Part shown: one piece after another, positions 63,301 through 64,000 of the stretch
Numbering within the stretch: position 1 is the stretch's first letter
Layout: each line of letters starts with the position of its first letter
Assembly (NCBI GenBank): GCA_950097015.1
Contig: CATNEN010000003.1
Coordinates: forward strand, 15,376,001-15,440,000
DNA from: Macrostomum hystrix
Lineage: Eukaryota; Animalia; Platyhelminthes
Direction: 5' to 3'
Length of the DNA stretch: 64,000 nt
Program-made: the position numbers and the translations under genes
Notes under the pieces: model-generated
Seen by the model: only the letters and a program-made list of their open reading frames with translations
Told to the model about the DNA's origin: nothing
Databases searched by the model: none

Positions 63301-63818
63301 TGTGGCCTCGCCGCGGAATCGAGCTCAGGGACCTTGGCGCGAGAGGCAGACGCGTGAACCGCTCTGCCGCTCACCCCCCTATAGAACAGTGAAGCTCATT
63401 ACACGAATTTGAGTGCCGCAGCTTTTTGGCGGCTGTTCAGTCCGTGGACTAAGGAGGCCGCAACTCCCACCGAAATTTCTAGCCTTCAAAGACAGATATG
63501 GTTTTCATTTATGAAAATAATAGAATCGAAATAGGAAAACACTCACTTCTTTCCTGATTTGAGATGAACTCGATTCTTTCTGTACTTCTTATTTTCGGTC
63601 AAAATGTCCGAAACCTCGGGTATGATGCTGGTGAACAGACCCAAGGCGCCAATTATGAAAATGATGATAAAAAATTTGCCCAGAACAGTGTGAGGCGAAA
63701 TGTCACCATAGCCTACGGTGCTCATTGTGATGAGCATGTAGTAGAAACAGTCGTGATACGGGTGGAACGCTGAGCTTGTCACGCCGTCCGAACGCCAGAA
63801 ATCACCGACGTTCTCGAC
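51393..63818 (-). CDS. slo1: Slo1/BK calcium-activated K+ channel alpha subunit, divergent; 5' part lies beyond the window
   Basis: Exons 63818-63547, 63049-62936, 62850-62544, 61625-61452, 60314-60109, 58921-58749, 58548-58497, 58393-58346, 55911-55883, 55632-55250, 53257-52922, 52395-52159, 51686-51519, 51431-51393. All phase consistent; the three small linker exons are less certain. Pore TMSTVGYGD; RCK motifs HVVVVG, EDMKNIMRVIAVK, LAQSCLVPGLST, DSSGYFHWVP, FVMPLRAS, GSPLNRANL; Ca bowl LDQDDD. Confidence 0.92.
51815..52040. repeat. ~120-bp tandem duplication in a Slo intron
   Basis: gaccctg(c/t)agggaatccctccatcattttcattcgctattgcc...gtcacgtgatagcttt occurs twice. Confidence 0.9.
52551..52918 (+). 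mobile_element. SINE copy E, full length, tail abutting a Slo 5' splice site
   Basis: Complete head, body and (ATT)n tail; on the - strand reads ACG|GTG-AATAATAAT. Confidence 0.9.
53371..55176 (+). repeat. 35-bp minisatellite, ~51 copies
   Basis: Unit ctgagtgacccttggagactgtaatggatgagata. Confidence 0.97.
55984..58196 (-). repeat. Same 35-bp minisatellite in inverted orientation, ~63 copies
   Basis: Unit tcactcagtatctcatccattacagtctccaaggg, the reverse complement of the 53371 unit. Confidence 0.97.
59060..59800. repeat. 33-34-bp minisatellite in a Slo intron
   Basis: Unit gatgagacattgtgggatttggggtttcaggtt. Confidence 0.93.
60369..60490 (+). mobile_element. Second tRNA-headed element (tRNA-like head with CAT anticodon; probable SINE head or pseudo-tRNA)
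   Basis: A box TAGCCTAGTGG, B box GGTTCGTTTCCC, loop CT-CAT-GA; stems do not pair in the standard register. Confidence 0.55.
63083..63379 (-). mobile_element. SINE copy F with internal deletion, in a Slo intron
   Basis: Head and body match; jumps from gtgctca to gcccgcagccctcctgcaat, then a degenerate ATT tail. Confidence 0.85.
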
Positions 63819-63883
63819 CTGACGGTTTTTAAGTGGGAAGAATCAAGGAAATAGAATTTGGGAAAAAAATTCCCAAATTCACA

Positions 63884-64000
63884 GAATGAAGGTAGCAGAA
63901 TGAAGGGAGTGGAATGAAGGTAGCAGAATGAAGGGAGTAGAATGAAGGTAGCAGATTGAAGGGAGTAGAATGAAGGTAGCAGAATGAAGGGAGTAGAATG
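63884..64000. repeat. Purine-rich repeat (gaatgaagggagta / gaatgaaggtagca), runs off the window
   Basis: Same family as 4930-5500. Confidence 0.9.

Overview
Eukaryotic (animal) genomic DNA with GT-AG introns. The CAG/CTG-rich exons and intronic minisatellites resemble the flatworm Macrostomum lignano, but that identification is inference. Five protein-coding genes were reconstructed by hand with phase-consistent exons: a WS/DGAT-family acyltransferase-like gene (-), phospholipase D (-), IBA57 (+), a short IRF (+), and the 3' part of a Slo/BK K+ channel (-). Mobile DNA includes one full-length APE-RT-RNaseH LINE with a 13-bp TSD, six copies of a tRNA-derived SINE, a second tRNA-headed element and a small MITE. 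There is also a possible decayed histone H4 relic and about 25 tandem arrays. Main finding: one SINE copy sits inside a coding exon, and its 16-bp target-site duplication contains CAG|GT. The two TSD copies supply a donor and an acceptor, so splicing would remove the insertion exactly, i.e. a SINE acting as an intron generator. Two other introns have shorter AG|GT-centred direct repeats at their borders. Also notable: the LINE has a strong splice acceptor 6 nt before its ORF1 ATG, and two inverted ~2-kb arrays of the same 35-mer flank two Slo exons.
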